Positions 20,385-28,286 of a stretch of 64,000 bases of DNA are shown here, piece after piece (position 1 is the first letter of the stretch; each line of letters begins with the position of its first letter). The translations under genes were made by a program, and so were the position numbers. Under the pieces are notes generated by a model. The model saw only the letters and a program-made list of their open reading frames with translations, made no database searches and was not told where the DNA came from. Source of the stretch: an uncultured Bdellovibrio sp. (GTDB lineage Bacteria; Bdellovibrionota; Bdellovibrionia; Bdellovibrionales; Bdellovibrionaceae); assembly GCA_963932905.1 (NCBI GenBank), contig CAWVRN010000013.1, positions 46,472 through 110,471 of the forward strand. The letters run 5' to 3'.

Positions 20385-21459
20385 TCAGCGCCAACTCTGT
20401 TAATTCAAAGCCGATATTTTGCAACTCGGTAGCGGCGTTTTCCATTAAAAACAATAAATATGGATTCAAGTACTCGCGAACTCTTAACGATTTTAGAATT
20501 TTAGCTGAAGCTACTTTTTCTTTACTTTTGGTTAGAATTTCTAAAGTAAAAAATGGAGATGATCGATCAAGAAACACATTTTGAAAAATTGGCGCATATT
20601 CATTGTACTGCAATTCCAAGGCTTGCAGATGGATTTTACTGTTATCAAATTCAAATAGCAGCTTATAAATTTCAGGGGCGAGCCTTGCAAGTTCATTACG
20701 TCGATTTTTCGACCAAGAAATCTGATCGATTCCAATCATTTTCTCAATTCTATAATAAGAATCTATCAAAGGCAGCACAACGTCCTCTTCAAATTCTGTC
20801 AGACTTCCTACATTCAAAGTATTGAGTGTATTCAAAAGCATACCTTGCGAAGGTTTAAAATCACCATTTGTATAGTAATTTACAAAAAACAAATCTAAAT
20901 TAACTTGATCATACAGTTGCGTCTTGATCTTCTGATTTATTCTCCAAGCAAATGTATTTTCCCATATGAGTTTAATAAAACCAGCCGAAACGACCTGATG
21001 AATTTGATCGTGCAATTGTCCGCTAAAACTATGGACAGATATTGACGATTGATTGCCGGCGTTTCCATCAATAAACTTTATCTTTTTTAAAAAAATGTTG
21101 ATCAAAAAATCAAATGCTTCAAATCCCATGTTAGGCAAAATTGTCTTAAACAATTTTGCTTTTAAATAAACCATATTTTCAATATCGCTGAAAATAAAAA
21201 GCAAATTGGGTTCTGAAGATTCAATCATCCATTCAACAAACGCGCTGTCGTCATTTTTGAATTTTTCTTCGACAAACGACCACAGCTGAGAACAACCAAA
21301 TCGCTGCTTCGAATTGTCTAATTTTAGACCGTTTAAGCCTCTGGAAGGGTCAAATCCACGTGCATAGGATTCGTATTCTTTAAAAATTCCTAAATGATTC
21401 GCGTTTACATCGAATTCAACAAAATTTTTTAAAAACACCTTACCAAACAATTGATACAT
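20377..21459 (-). CDS. Hypothetical protein, unknown paralog family A
   Basis: MYQLFGKVFL start, FIFSD, LNPYLL. Confidence 0.72.
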   Translation of the reverse strand: MYQLFGKVFLKNFVEFDVNANHLGIFKEYESYARGFDPSRGLNGLKLDNSKQRFGCSQLWSFVEEKFKNDDSAFVEWMIESSEPNLLFIFSDIENMVYLKAKLFKTILPNMGFEAFDFLINIFLKKIKFIDGNAGNQSSISVHSFSGQLHDQIHQVVSAGFIKLIWENTFAWRINQKIKTQLYDQVNLDLFFVNYYTNGDFKPSQGMLLNTLNTLNVGSLTEFEEDVVLPLIDSYYRIEKMIGIDQISWSKNRRNELARLAPEIYKLLFEFDNSKIHLQALELQYNEYAPIFQNVFLDRSSPFFTLEILTKSKEKVASAKILKSLRVREYLNPYLLFLMENAATELQNIGFELTELALND

Positions 21460-21462
21460 AAA

Positions 21463-22239
21463 TTAGCTGACCGTAATGCGATCAAGCTCTTTACCTACCA
21501 GGTCTATTTGCTGTTCAGTGAACGCCTTTTTCAAAACTGCGCCTACGACAGCGTAGAGTTCGGGGCTTGATTGCATGGTTTCAGCAAACAAATTTTTTCC
21601 GTTATAAAAAAACTCTTCAAATTGAGGTTTAAAATAAAAAGCGGTCGTAGTTGAAAAAGTTCCGAAATAATTTATATAAAACATAGGCATTTTCAATAAA
21701 TTCACGAAAGTAAAACCGGTGAATTCCATATCGTCAACAACGGAAAAATGAGCTTCCGGAGGTGAACCTAAATCTCGAAATTCTTTGGAGCAGGTGTATA
21801 TAAAGGTAGGAATACTATCAAGAAGCACGATAAGCCGAAGCATATTATTCATTCGATCTGCGTCTTCCAAATAGTCCCGAACTCGCTCTCTAGAGATTAA
21901 TGAGTAGGTGTCTAAAATCTGTTGTTCCGCTTCAGACAACTCGATCCCTTTAATTTCAGCCAGAATTCGAACAATCGAAAATTTTATATTCACCAAATCT
22001 ATTGTCGATTTAAACGTGACATAGCTATCAATTAAAGAGAAAAAATCATCTTCAATACTATTTGATTTTTCAAAATAAACATTCGCCACATTAATGTTGC
22101 TTAAATAAATCAACAGAGCGCGGTCTTTGATTTGACATGCTTTATAATCACCAATGACTTTTAAATCAGGATTGGCGATAACTAATTTCAAGTCATCCAT
22201 ACTAAGCGGAAACTTAGTTCGTAATTCCATTGTACTCAT
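21463..22239 (-). CDS. Hypothetical protein translationally coupled to the CHxx-repeat protein
   Basis: 258-aa ORF; ATGA overlap with the stop of 22236..22883. Confidence 0.75.
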   Translation of the reverse strand: MSTMELRTKFPLSMDDLKLVIANPDLKVIGDYKACQIKDRALLIYLSNINVANVYFEKSNSIEDDFFSLIDSYVTFKSTIDLVNIKFSIVRILAEIKGIELSEAEQQILDTYSLISRERVRDYLEDADRMNNMLRLIVLLDSIPTFIYTCSKEFRDLGSPPEAHFSVVDDMEFTGFTFVNLLKMPMFYINYFGTFSTTTAFYFKPQFEEFFYNGKNLFAETMQSSPELYAVVGAVLKKAFTEQQIDLVGKELDRITVS

Positions 22240-22883
22240 CGGCGCCCCCTAGCGCCATGACAGCTGCCATGGCACGAAGAATGGCACCACGTCTCTACAA
22301 AAACTATCGGATTAGCGGCTCTATCATTTGCTAAATGCAAAGCTAGAGCATCGATGAAAGCAATAATCGGTTGAGATTCCACCCACGAACCAACCCCAGG
22401 AAAAGCAGGCCCGATCCCGGCATAATTGACGACATCGAAATTCAAATGAATTTGCCCGGCCATAGGCCCATATTGATTAACCATAGTTCCAAAGTTATTA
22501 TAATTTTTTTGAATTGTATAATTGCGATAACGACTAAGCGTTGAGAATACAGTTCTAATAAAACCCGCCACACTGGCTACCGAAACTCGCTGAGCCACAT
22601 CAACGCCAGCAGCCTGAATTTCCGCGCTCGTCACCGCAGTGCGAACGGTTTGACCTGCGCCTAACTGACTAGATCCATCTCCCGTCGCCACACCATTTCT
22701 AGTTGTGCTGCTATAACTACCAGAAATGGGCCTATTGTTTACAAAAGGATTGTTATTAGGATCACCGCCGGGACTTCCGCTGTGAGTTTTGCTTGCTGCA
22801 TTTATAGCCGCCACAGTTATATTAAGTTGATCGCGAATTTGATCTCTAAATACCGCATCAATTCTGGTTCCCCGAGCCCCCAC
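22236..22883 (-). CDS. Fibre-like protein with C-terminal (CHxx)3 motif; putative radical SAM substrate
   Basis: AGGAGA RBS + GTG; G/A/S/T/N/V-rich body; all three Cys are in the terminal WCHSSCHGSCHGARGRR. Confidence 0.8.
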   Translation of the reverse strand: MGARGTRIDAVFRDQIRDQLNITVAAINAASKTHSGSPGGDPNNNPFVNNRPISGSYSSTTRNGVATGDGSSQLGAGQTVRTAVTSAEIQAAGVDVAQRVSVASVAGFIRTVFSTLSRYRNYTIQKNYNNFGTMVNQYGPMAGQIHLNFDVVNYAGIGPAFPGVGSWVESQPIIAFIDALALHLANDRAANPIVFVETWCHSSCHGSCHGARGRR

Positions 22884-22892
22884 GCCAGTCTC

Positions 22893-24050
22893 CTATTCTT
22901 TGCCTACAAATTTATTCAGCATTTTTCTATATAGGTTGATATCATTTTTTTCTTTTAATTCTTGCATTAACGTCTTGGGCGAGGCACACAGATCCCCCTG
23001 CCACGCTAATTGATGACAATCGCCATTACATACATCAAATACGTCACAGGAATAACATATCGGATTTCTTTGAACCTCACACAATATATTTTTCGAACGT
23101 CCCGGCGACGACAATAACTCAGGAATAGGCATAGATAGATGAGCATATGGCTGAGTTGCGGCTGAATTCGGACACCCACCAATGCTGCCGTCCGCGTTCA
23201 AAGTGAAAATTTTTTGTTCACAACCCCGACATCTACACCCCGTATGGGCTCGATTAACCAAACTAGTTAAAATTGAATTAAAAAACAAATTTGTAAATTT
23301 TGTATAAGACTCTAGCTTTACCGTTGCCCGCCAAAGTTTCAAAAACCAATCGTCCAATTCTTTATTTGTTGGAATGACACCCTGATTAACAAGCGCATTA
23401 CCATTTGGGGTAATTCTTTCTAGATGCAAATACTGAACACCCAAGTCAGCAAACCATTTTAAAAAATCTTCGACATCCATTTGGATAACATCTTTGGACA
23501 AACTGATCATAACAGTGACTTCGTGGCCATCCTGAAGAAGCGTATTAACATTTTTTCGCCAAAGAGTCTCTTGATGTTCTGACTGAAAACGAATGCCTCT
23601 ATCCCAAGAGGTCGCAATACCTTGGGAAAATGCCGTTTTCATAAACTGTCGTTTTTCATCATCAAGGTTATAAACCAAATTCGTGGTAGCCGACCACCAA
23701 ACGTTTGGCCACAAATTGCGACAGCTATTCCATACTTTATACATAGAAGAAATTGGTGCCAAAAATGGCTCTCCTCCATGAAAGGCCACATGACCATTTT
23801 TCAAGTGTGGAACAACTTGGTGAAATCTATGAAACCAATCAACCACAGCATCTGGGTCAAAAAAAATCTTTTTTCCGTTTTTGCCACTAGTGAAACAATG
23901 CGAACAGTTTAGCTGGCAGGTTTCCGTTGTCTTTAGATAGACCATCAAATCAGAGACCCTTAAAAACGAAGACAGGTTAAGGCCACGCTTAATTTGCGGA
24001 TCAACAGAACGGTCATTAAAACTTGAGGACGTATCTTTTAATTCTATCAT
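22893..24050 (-). CDS. Radical SAM/SPASM maturase
   Basis: KTTETCQLNCSHC, FHGGEP, TTNL, CRCRGC...NADGSIGGCP, CYSCDVFDVCNGDC...C. Confidence 0.93.
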   Translation of the reverse strand: MIELKDTSSSFNDRSVDPQIKRGLNLSSFLRVSDLMVYLKTTETCQLNCSHCFTSGKNGKKIFFDPDAVVDWFHRFHQVVPHLKNGHVAFHGGEPFLAPISSMYKVWNSCRNLWPNVWWSATTNLVYNLDDEKRQFMKTAFSQGIATSWDRGIRFQSEHQETLWRKNVNTLLQDGHEVTVMISLSKDVIQMDVEDFLKWFADLGVQYLHLERITPNGNALVNQGVIPTNKELDDWFLKLWRATVKLESYTKFTNLFFNSILTSLVNRAHTGCRCRGCEQKIFTLNADGSIGGCPNSAATQPYAHLSMPIPELLSSPGRSKNILCEVQRNPICYSCDVFDVCNGDCHQLAWQGDLCASPKTLMQELKEKNDINLYRKMLNKFVGKE

Positions 24051-24138
24051 CAGCTCTAATCATCGCTGTATGGGCCAAGATGTCAATCCGTTAGTCGCCC
24101 TTTCTGCTGCGCAAAGGGACCAGCATCACATAATATGA

Positions 24139-25143
24139 TTAGTTAGCATTTAATCGGCCTTCCAGAAGATTTATTTTTTTTATCAACTCTTGCCGTTTAA
24201 TATAAACTTGCTTGTGATACTCCCATAGTACCGGAATGACTGCTGAATAATTTAATGTAGAAATGCCAGTGGGATTTGACACGCCCGCATAGGGTAAATC
24301 CTTTAGAATCTCTTGAGCAATAAAGCCTAGATGCTGTCCTTTATAGTTTTTGAGCTTGTACCTGTAACCATGAATGGATTCAAAGGTCTGGCCACTGACC
24401 GCGATTTTTTTGATGTCAGTTTTCAGAGACACGTCGGAAGCATTACCTAGGTGATTCACCCGCAAATTAGGTGCTGTGGCTGCCGGAAAAGCTTCATCAA
24501 CCAGGACTTCTCCACCGATTTCCACATTGCCTTCGAAGGTTATGTCTCCTTGTTTAGTTTCAGCTCCATTTATGCGAATAAAGGAATTGCTTAGTACCAT
24601 CGCGGTCGCACTACCACATGTTGTTACCCTGCCTAAGCCATCGATCGTGCCCTCAAGAGGTATATGCAGAGTCATTTGTCTGACTCCCTGGCCCTTATTG
24701 TATCCATACGTGACAGCGATATTAAACGTGACATTTGGCGCCGCAACAATAAGATCGGACACCTGCGCACCTATTACGTCCACCGTTCCGTTATTCAAGT
24801 CATTTAATGGAAAGGTCAACACCACACCATTAGCACCATCACGGATAGTGGGAATATTTTGACCGTTAGCAAGAGCGCCCGCTGTCGCGTTAAACGTATT
24901 CAAACAACCCGTTTGTTGATTAAAAAGACTGTCCATATTTAAATGCAAGGGCGCTATAAATCTTTCCGATCTAATTAACTGAAGCTCTTCCATAGTTGAA
25001 ATGTAGAGCTGAGTTGTAGAAAAAATAATTCCGGCCAAAAGAGCAACACCCACAAGCAGTTCTGTGAGCGAAATACCTCGCTGATTTCCAACAAATTTAA
25101 TTTTCAATTTATTTAACTTTAACCCAGTGGCGGCCATTAACAT
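24139..25143 (-). CDS. Prepilin-type N-terminus fused to S74 tail-fibre chaperone
   Basis: QRG|ISLTELLVGVALLA; C-terminal SDVSLKTDI, GFIAQEI, LNY, coiled coil; true start may be TTG 25107. Confidence 0.85.
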   Translation of the reverse strand: MLMAATGLKLNKLKIKFVGNQRGISLTELLVGVALLAGIIFSTTQLYISTMEELQLIRSERFIAPLHLNMDSLFNQQTGCLNTFNATAGALANGQNIPTIRDGANGVVLTFPLNDLNNGTVDVIGAQVSDLIVAAPNVTFNIAVTYGYNKGQGVRQMTLHIPLEGTIDGLGRVTTCGSATAMVLSNSFIRINGAETKQGDITFEGNVEIGGEVLVDEAFPAATAPNLRVNHLGNASDVSLKTDIKKIAVSGQTFESIHGYRYKLKNYKGQHLGFIAQEILKDLPYAGVSNPTGISTLNYSAVIPVLWEYHKQVYIKRQELIKKINLLEGRLNAN

Positions 25144-25720
25144 CTACCTTCTTTTTTTCCGTTCCAAATATCGTATCGAATTCGGGTTTTTTATAAATAG
25201 CCAATAAGCGCTCAGGAAATTTTAACTTTTCTTCAGTCGTCATTTCACTCAAAATGCCCTCTTCATTGTTTGTCAGCGGTGTACCTGGCTCATATGTATT
25301 GTCTACATAGGCCAACACCCAACCACTGACAGCGATTGGCACCTGCCGCTGACTCGGATAACGCCCTTGCCCGACAGCAAATCCAAAAGTATCCGAAGCA
25401 ATTCCTATCGCACTTTTTTGACATCGTTGATTGCATATTTTGGCGCCGTCAAATGTGTCATAATAACATTTTCCAAACACGATTTCATCACATACCAGCT
25501 GAAAATCTGCTATATCATTCCAGACAGCTCCCCAAACTTTTTCAGCGGCAAACTCTCCAGAAGCAGCACCACCAAGCGCTGTAGTGACAACTAAATCCAC
25601 TCCCCCAGCAGCCACAGTTACGACTCCAGAGCCATCAATGTTACAGGTTTTAATAGTGGCCGCGGATTGAGCTTGCTGACCTATGAAAAGAGTGTGTATC
25701 AGTTGGGAAAGTTTTTGCAT
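25109..25720 (-). CDS. Short fibre segment plus autocleaving tail-spike chaperone-like (Peptidase G2-like) domain
   Basis: AEKVWGAVWNDIADF (cf. the DYAE motif), GIASDTFGF, VPIAVSGWV, GTPL, terminal RHWVKVK. Confidence 0.65.
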   Translation of the reverse strand: MQKLSQLIHTLFIGQQAQSAATIKTCNIDGSGVVTVAAGGVDLVVTTALGGAASGEFAAEKVWGAVWNDIADFQLVCDEIVFGKCYYDTFDGAKICNQRCQKSAIGIASDTFGFAVGQGRYPSQRQVPIAVSGWVLAYVDNTYEPGTPLTNNEEGILSEMTTEEKLKFPERLLAIYKKPEFDTIFGTEKKKVDVNGRHWVKVK

Positions 25721-25729
25721 GCTGATCTC

Positions 25730-26770
25730 CTAGTTACTTTTAATCCTTAGTTTGGTTTCTATTTTGTCTAATCGTTTTTCTAACTTCCTATTTTCCTTTG
25801 ACATATTTTTATAAGACTCATGAAGAATAGGTACAAATCCCGAATAATTGACCGTCTTTTTACCATCAGTTTTTCGAGCAGAAACAAGCTGAGGCAGAAC
25901 TTTTTCAACATCCTGAGCAATGAAGCCATAGTCTCGCCGTCCATCTTGTTTCCATGAAAACTCTTTCCCTTCAATTAAAGAAAAAACTTCATCGAAATTT
26001 ACTAAAAGAGGTTTGATGTCCGATTTAAAACGCCTATCCGACAAAGTGTAAACTCCACCATAGGATCGTATCGATCCAGACTGTGCTGGATTTCCACCAC
26101 CACCAGCCCAAGCAACCACGTTCATATTTCCTTCTATTGTCAAACTACCCTGCTTGGCTGTGCTATCATAACGATCACGCTGCACATAAGCGTTCGGATC
26201 ATATCCAAAACCTGCCGATGTCCCCGCAGTACAACGATGGTAAGTATTCTGATCTAGAGCATTGTAATCTGGTACCAAGCGCTGACCTACTGCCGTCGGC
26301 ACCGTAGTTCTAATTGTAATCACTCGATCCATGTTTCGAGTCGTCCCGCCTGTTCCGATTGGCACGCGATAGCGAATATTTAAGTCAAAACTACCGGTGT
26401 AGGGCAATGGCGCACCCGCGGCCGGATTCTGCAGAAAATTAGTCGCACGCATCCGAGTAATCGAAATGTTTTGATAGTAAGGCCCACCAGCAGTCGCATA
26501 CAGTACCGTGTTAAATGAGTTTCTTATGCTCGCAATATTTGTAAACAGTGCCGCACGATTAATCCCGGTAAAGGTATTGTAGCATCCATTAGGGTTGGTT
26601 AGGGCCAACAATATGTGAGCATGAAGTTCTTCAACATTTAAAGTTAACCGAGTTTCCAAGAAATGCTTCTGAGTCGCCATTAGTAATGCTGAAATTAGCA
26701 AAGTCACTAAGGCAAGCCCACCGACATATACAACAAACTCTATCAAGGTAAACCCACGCCTATTCATCAC
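25730..26770 (-). CDS. Prepilin-type N-terminus fused to S74 tail-fibre chaperone
   Basis: RRG|FTLIEFVV; SDRRFKSDI, FSWK, YGFIAQDVEKVLPQLV, VNY, coiled coil. Confidence 0.9.
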   Translation of the reverse strand: MMNRRGFTLIEFVVYVGGLALVTLLISALLMATQKHFLETRLTLNVEELHAHILLALTNPNGCYNTFTGINRAALFTNIASIRNSFNTVLYATAGGPYYQNISITRMRATNFLQNPAAGAPLPYTGSFDLNIRYRVPIGTGGTTRNMDRVITIRTTVPTAVGQRLVPDYNALDQNTYHRCTAGTSAGFGYDPNAYVQRDRYDSTAKQGSLTIEGNMNVVAWAGGGGNPAQSGSIRSYGGVYTLSDRRFKSDIKPLLVNFDEVFSLIEGKEFSWKQDGRRDYGFIAQDVEKVLPQLVSARKTDGKKTVNYSGFVPILHESYKNMSKENRKLEKRLDKIETKLRIKSN

Positions 26771-27881
26771 GTCCTCCGCTGGTCTTACCAGTGACAGGAC
26801 CCAGTTTTCGGTCAGCTAAAGATTCGAGCTGCTGAATTTTTCTTTCTAACTTAATATTTTGCTGATCGATTGATTTAGTGGCCTCAAGTAAGATTGGCAA
26901 TAGGGCCTGATAATCAACACGTTTAATTCCGGTGCCTTCATCAGACGAAACCACTTCTGGAAAAATAGATTCAACTTCCTGGGCGACAAAACCAATGTCT
27001 TTACGCTGTCCCTCTTTCCATTGAAATGAGTAGCCATTCAACGTCATTAGGTCTTTTGGTTTAATCACTAAAGGCTGCATATTTTGCTTAAGTTTTTTAT
27101 CGGATATTGTAAAAACCCCACCCTGGACGCCTAAATCACCACCGACACTTAGGTTTCCTCCGGTCATTCTAAATACAAATCCTTGAGGTTCGTCAGCAGT
27201 GTTTCCCCTTGCATCTGTAGTCATTTTAGATTTGGTGTCAATTCCTGTCTTAGAAAGATAATTGGCAGGATTAAAGCCAAACGAGGTGCCGTTTTCGGGA
27301 GCAGCATGACATCGCTCGGGCTGCTTCACAACTGCGCTTCCTGCGGCCCAGGTGTTGGCCGGATTCGTTTCCGTTCGAACAATAAATCGACGAACTTTAC
27401 TTATTGTCGAAGACGGCGAAACACGAACAAGATAATTTACTGTGACCCGAAAAAATCCTGTGAAAGGAGCCGGAACACCACCGCCAGCAGTAAATGTATC
27501 CGCAGTCATCGACGTAATCTGAATACTTCTATTGTAGAATGTATTAAGCACATAAACAGGGACTGGTACCGCAGGAGCTTGTGCGCCACTCATAATTTGA
27601 TTAAAAGCAACCTGTCCTGGAGCAATAACCATCCCGCTAAACGTATTGAAACAAGCATGCCTGTTCGACAAAGTAAAAACAATTTGAGCATGTAAATCGT
27701 CCACAAGAATATTACCACGAGTCTCGAAAAAAAAAGCTCGCGTAGATAAAATCGAATTGTTAATCGCTACGGAAACCACACCAAGAATTACCAAAGTAAT
27801 CAAAATTTGAATAATGGAAAAACCCTTTGAATTGGATCTTTCAATAACTTTAAGAAGAATAAATTTAGACTTTTGTTTCAT
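26760..27881 (-). CDS. Prepilin-type N-terminus (Gln5) fused to S74 tail-fibre chaperone
   Basis: SKG|FSIIQILITLVILG; SDKKLKQNM, FQWK, IGFVAQEVESIFPEVV, VDY, coiled coil. Confidence 0.9.
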   Translation of the reverse strand: MKQKSKFILLKVIERSNSKGFSIIQILITLVILGVVSVAINNSILSTRAFFFETRGNILVDDLHAQIVFTLSNRHACFNTFSGMVIAPGQVAFNQIMSGAQAPAVPVPVYVLNTFYNRSIQITSMTADTFTAGGGVPAPFTGFFRVTVNYLVRVSPSSTISKVRRFIVRTETNPANTWAAGSAVVKQPERCHAAPENGTSFGFNPANYLSKTGIDTKSKMTTDARGNTADEPQGFVFRMTGGNLSVGGDLGVQGGVFTISDKKLKQNMQPLVIKPKDLMTLNGYSFQWKEGQRKDIGFVAQEVESIFPEVVSSDEGTGIKRVDYQALLPILLEATKSIDQQNIKLERKIQQLESLADRKLGPVTGKTSGGRDE

Positions 27882-27897
27882 TTGGAAATTAATTTTA

Positions 27898-27926
27898 TTG
27901 TGCCCCTTTAAAGAGTATTATACAAT
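27898..27926 (+). promoter_or_regulatory. Putative sigma70 promoter, likely leaderless transcript
   Basis: TTGTGC-17 nt-TACAAT ending 6 nt before ATG 27933; no RBS; lies in the 51-nt divergent gap that must also serve the fibre operon. Confidence 0.45.
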
Positions 27927-27932
27927 ACAACT

Positions 27933-28280
27933 ATGGAAAGAAGATTTTTTTTTAAATTCCTATCCGGCCTTACGATGTTTTCTGGTCTAGCAAGTTTGAA
28001 ACAAGATTCATCTCATATTGACCCGTCTCCAAACGAGAAAAGACACCAAGTTTTTTTAAAGCCAGGGTCGAAGTATTACCTACCTGAAAATCCCAACCAC
28101 ATGGACTTCATAGTTTTTAGACTAACTGATAGTTTTCAAACTAACCCGACTCAAGTCCATGCACATAAGCATAAACTTATCGGCCAGAACGAACCCTTGT
28201 TAGTAGACTACGATACAGATTTTGGTCTTAGGTTTTTAGGCGACCAAACTGGATGGGTACTTGTTCGACTTGAGTCTTGA
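27933..28280 (+). CDS. Tat-signal protein with T4-type tail-fibre/baseplate-like module
   Basis: MERRFFFK twin-arginine motif; LPxNP...D.I.F...F..NP...I.G..EPL...F.L.F.G...GW pattern. Confidence 0.6.
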   Translation: MERRFFFKFLSGLTMFSGLASLKQDSSHIDPSPNEKRHQVFLKPGSKYYLPENPNHMDFIVFRLTDSFQTNPTQVHAHKHKLIGQNEPLLVDYDTDFGLRFLGDQTGWVLVRLES

Positions 28281-28286
28281 TACCCC

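Noticed and set aside
22239..22286. Assignment to the known His-Xaa-Ser (HxsA) or SCIFF systems, or to a canonical c-type cytochrome
   Set aside because: The period is 4 (CHxx) rather than HxS, there are only three Cys, the spacing is CxxxCH rather than CxxCH, and there is no export signal
24051..24138. Small precursor peptide or terminator in the 88-nt gap of the operon
   Set aside because: No convincing ORF with RBS and no strong hairpin with a U-tract
24139..28280. Prophage call based on tail-fibre domains
   Set aside because: No capsid, terminase, portal, integrase or lysis genes; the fibre domains carry pilin or Tat signals
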